Below are positions 61,414 to 64,000 of a DNA stretch of 64,000 bases, one piece after another. The stretch comes from Lingula anatina (Eukaryota; Animalia; Brachiopoda), in NCBI GenBank assembly GCA_051362555.1, contig CM120640.1, forward strand, positions 16,802,001 to 16,866,000. The letters are read 5' to 3'. The notes under the pieces are model-generated. The model did no database searches, was not told where the DNA came from, and saw nothing but the letters and a program-made list of their open reading frames with translations. The first letter of the stretch is position 1. Each line of letters starts with the position of its first letter. A program made the position numbers and the translations under genes.

Positions 61414-64000
61414 TTAAGATAAAGTGTTTTGAATGAATTGATATGGTGGCGCTGGCATTGGACTAGAGGGAGAAGTATCGAAGACGCACCTTAAATCCTT
61501 TTTACAGACTATTTCGAGTTACCATTTCCCACCCTTTGCCTTTGACGCTTTGCTTTGGTTATCCACATATGTCATAATCAATGTTGAGCATGAATTTATC
61601 GTACAAGAATTCGAGGAAATTAAAATCATAGTGCTAATATTTGATCAGCAACGTGAGATATTTGCTGACCATGTTTCTCGCCAGAGTGGTTTTGCAAGCG
61701 CTCTCACGGTAGCCTCATGAGAAAGAATCAAATACATTGTATAATAATAAGTAATCTTATGGGCATGTTCCTATCGTAAAATGTGTTTTATAGTCACAGA
61801 TGAAGATACAAATAATCAAATAAGATAAAAAGCTCATATTGTGTTTTAGCCGTTCCTAAACTAAAACCCCAATTGCTATTCTTTCAAAAAAAAAAAAAAA
61901 AAAAAAAACTGTGCGTAGCCTATTTGATTATCGACTGATGATAAGTTGATTTAATGAAAAAAAAAAAACGGGATAAAAATGTAGCAGTATTGATCCACAT
62001 TTTCTTTCAGTAATAAGGTATAAAATAGCCGATAACACCGTCATAGTACGGCAATTGGTTTTTTTGTTATATTTTTACACCTCGACCACTAACTAAACCT
62101 ATTGATTCCCAATGTGTGACCTGGGAGGCACCCCAGAACAAAAGCAGTCTTTGACTCATGTTGCAAAGTCCAAGTGAAGTTAGTACTTTGATTAGATCAT
62201 TTAACACGATTTTTTTTTCAATTTGTGTGTAGGACATAAAAACGGTGTTATTTTTAGGGCTACGTCATCGTGATGTTTTCATTGTGGCATCTACACAATG
62301 CTTCATATGGATATTCAGATGCTTCATTGTGTAACGTCTATCAAATCAATGTCTTTTAACAAGGATATTCATGACAAGACCATATGTCAATAACTCAGAT
62401 ATTGCATTGAATAGAAATGGTTAAAATCAAACACAGAATGCTACAGGGACATTTGTTTTATTGAAAGTTTTTAAGCAAAAGGACATCCTCCCTTGGGCTT
62501 CATACAAAGAGCAGCTTTATAATTTAATGATGTGACAGTGTGTTTTTCATCCGAATGAATGATGATTTAGGTGCGCCCACAGCAACACAGTAACAGATAA
62601 ACACTTGTTATCTAAGGTCGTACATGATCATTGTTCGTTCTGTTTACTGCATTACATAGTACTGTAAGCTCAAAGAGAATCTGAGAACATTTCGTAAAGG
62701 TACCAAGTGTTTGTTCACGATTAGGCTGGGTATCGGAAATGTAATTCCAATATGCAATGTCAAGCTGAAAGTTTTTTGTTTGAACAAGAAACCAATGATT
62801 TAAAACCATTTTTGAAATTGAATATATCCAAACACTTCCAAAGCCATTGCGTTTAATTATTAGGAAATTTCTAGCTTCAAATCACAGGGTTTCGTACTCA
62901 TTTAGCTTTGACAACTGGACCAACTGTAAAACACGTGTAGGGTGGCTTTAAAAATATCAAAATCACCTGTTTAGATAGCTACAGCATGTAATCATGGACA
63001 GGCTATCCTAATCCTTTGGAAGAGCCATGAGCCATTTCACAACATTTATAGATTTTTGTGTAAATCAATATAAAACATTTGATAGTCGGGGTGGCGTATA
63101 ATGAAAGTGACAGATTATTATTGCAAAAGTTGATACCGCGACACTTCAGGATGATATGTCGTAGAAGCTCATTCATTTTAAAACATAACACCTTACATTA
63201 TTGAAGCGTGATGATAATGTTGTTTGGATATTTTCCATTGTCGAAATAATTCCTTGAATGGGTGATTCATTTAAAACACGGTATTCGAAACAATTTGAGG
63301 TCGGTCAAAATTATATATAACATTATCAATTATCGCCATATCTTTATGGTCTTGGTCTGTTTGGTATTGTAGATGTTTTGGAAACTTATTTATTAATCAT
63401 TTTTATTTTAAGAGATCTGCAAATAAAAATAATTAATTCATATTTTGTTCTTTAATCGTTGCTATTTTTCTATTCAAATATGCCCCAATATGCCAAATGC
63501 CTACTTACGATGGACTATATTACGTTGTGCACAATTAAATATTATGGTGCGAGAATTTGTGAACTTAATGCTACTACTTATAATAATTCATTTTTACATG
63601 ATACATTCCATTAAAATCTAAATGCGCCATACAAAATAAAGGCAAAATAACAAATTGCTTGTCAAAAGTCTAAAATTATTAATTGAAAAATTATATTCAT
63701 AATTATAATTGATTTCAAAATATTGAAGAATTAAGTGAATAATACTGTAGATCAGCTGTATCAATTACTATAAACCGATTGTAAAACGTCTTTCTAAAAT
63801 GATTAAAGTCATTGGCAGTTTTTATATCAGTAGTAAAGTATTCCCTAACTCCGTTGAATATAAAACAAAATTTTTTTTACTAAAATTTAATGTTCCGAAA
63901 GTAAATTAAGAGAAGTGGTGTCTAGTTAAACGTCCCCGTTGGTGTGAAAATCTGTGTTTTTACCACTACGAGAACTTTATAAAACATAAAACTTAATAGT

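Overview
AT-rich, intron-rich animal DNA. The repeat types suggest an invertebrate, probably a mollusc or other lophotrochozoan, but that is an inference. The ORF track is mostly noise because the genes are spliced, so I built the exon chains by hand from splice sites and frame continuity. Gene order: 5' end of SSX2IP (-), RNF170 (-), HOOK (+, head-to-head with RNF170 as in human), EFCAB7 (-), a very divergent ADP/ATP-carrier-like SLC25 gene (-), CTR9 (+, head-to-head with the carrier), and the first coding exon of an unidentified gene (+). Mobile DNA: a 6.7-kb Helentron-type non-autonomous element carrying a 161-bp satellite, inserted about 26 nt downstream of the EFCAB7 stop; a second such element in a CTR9 intron; a foldback-like element with an 8-bp TSD; two Kolobok-like copies; several MITEs; and a truncated RTE LINE. 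Most notable: (1) an intact ANT-like gene that has lost RRRMMM and has two of three carrier motifs degraded; (2) an EFCAB7 linker built from 14 symmetric phase-1 exons with GSQxSL(K/R)S repeats, including an apparently identical 1,894-bp five-exon duplication; (3) candidate microexons and a GC-AG intron in HOOK. Homology calls come from remembered family motifs; no searches were run.
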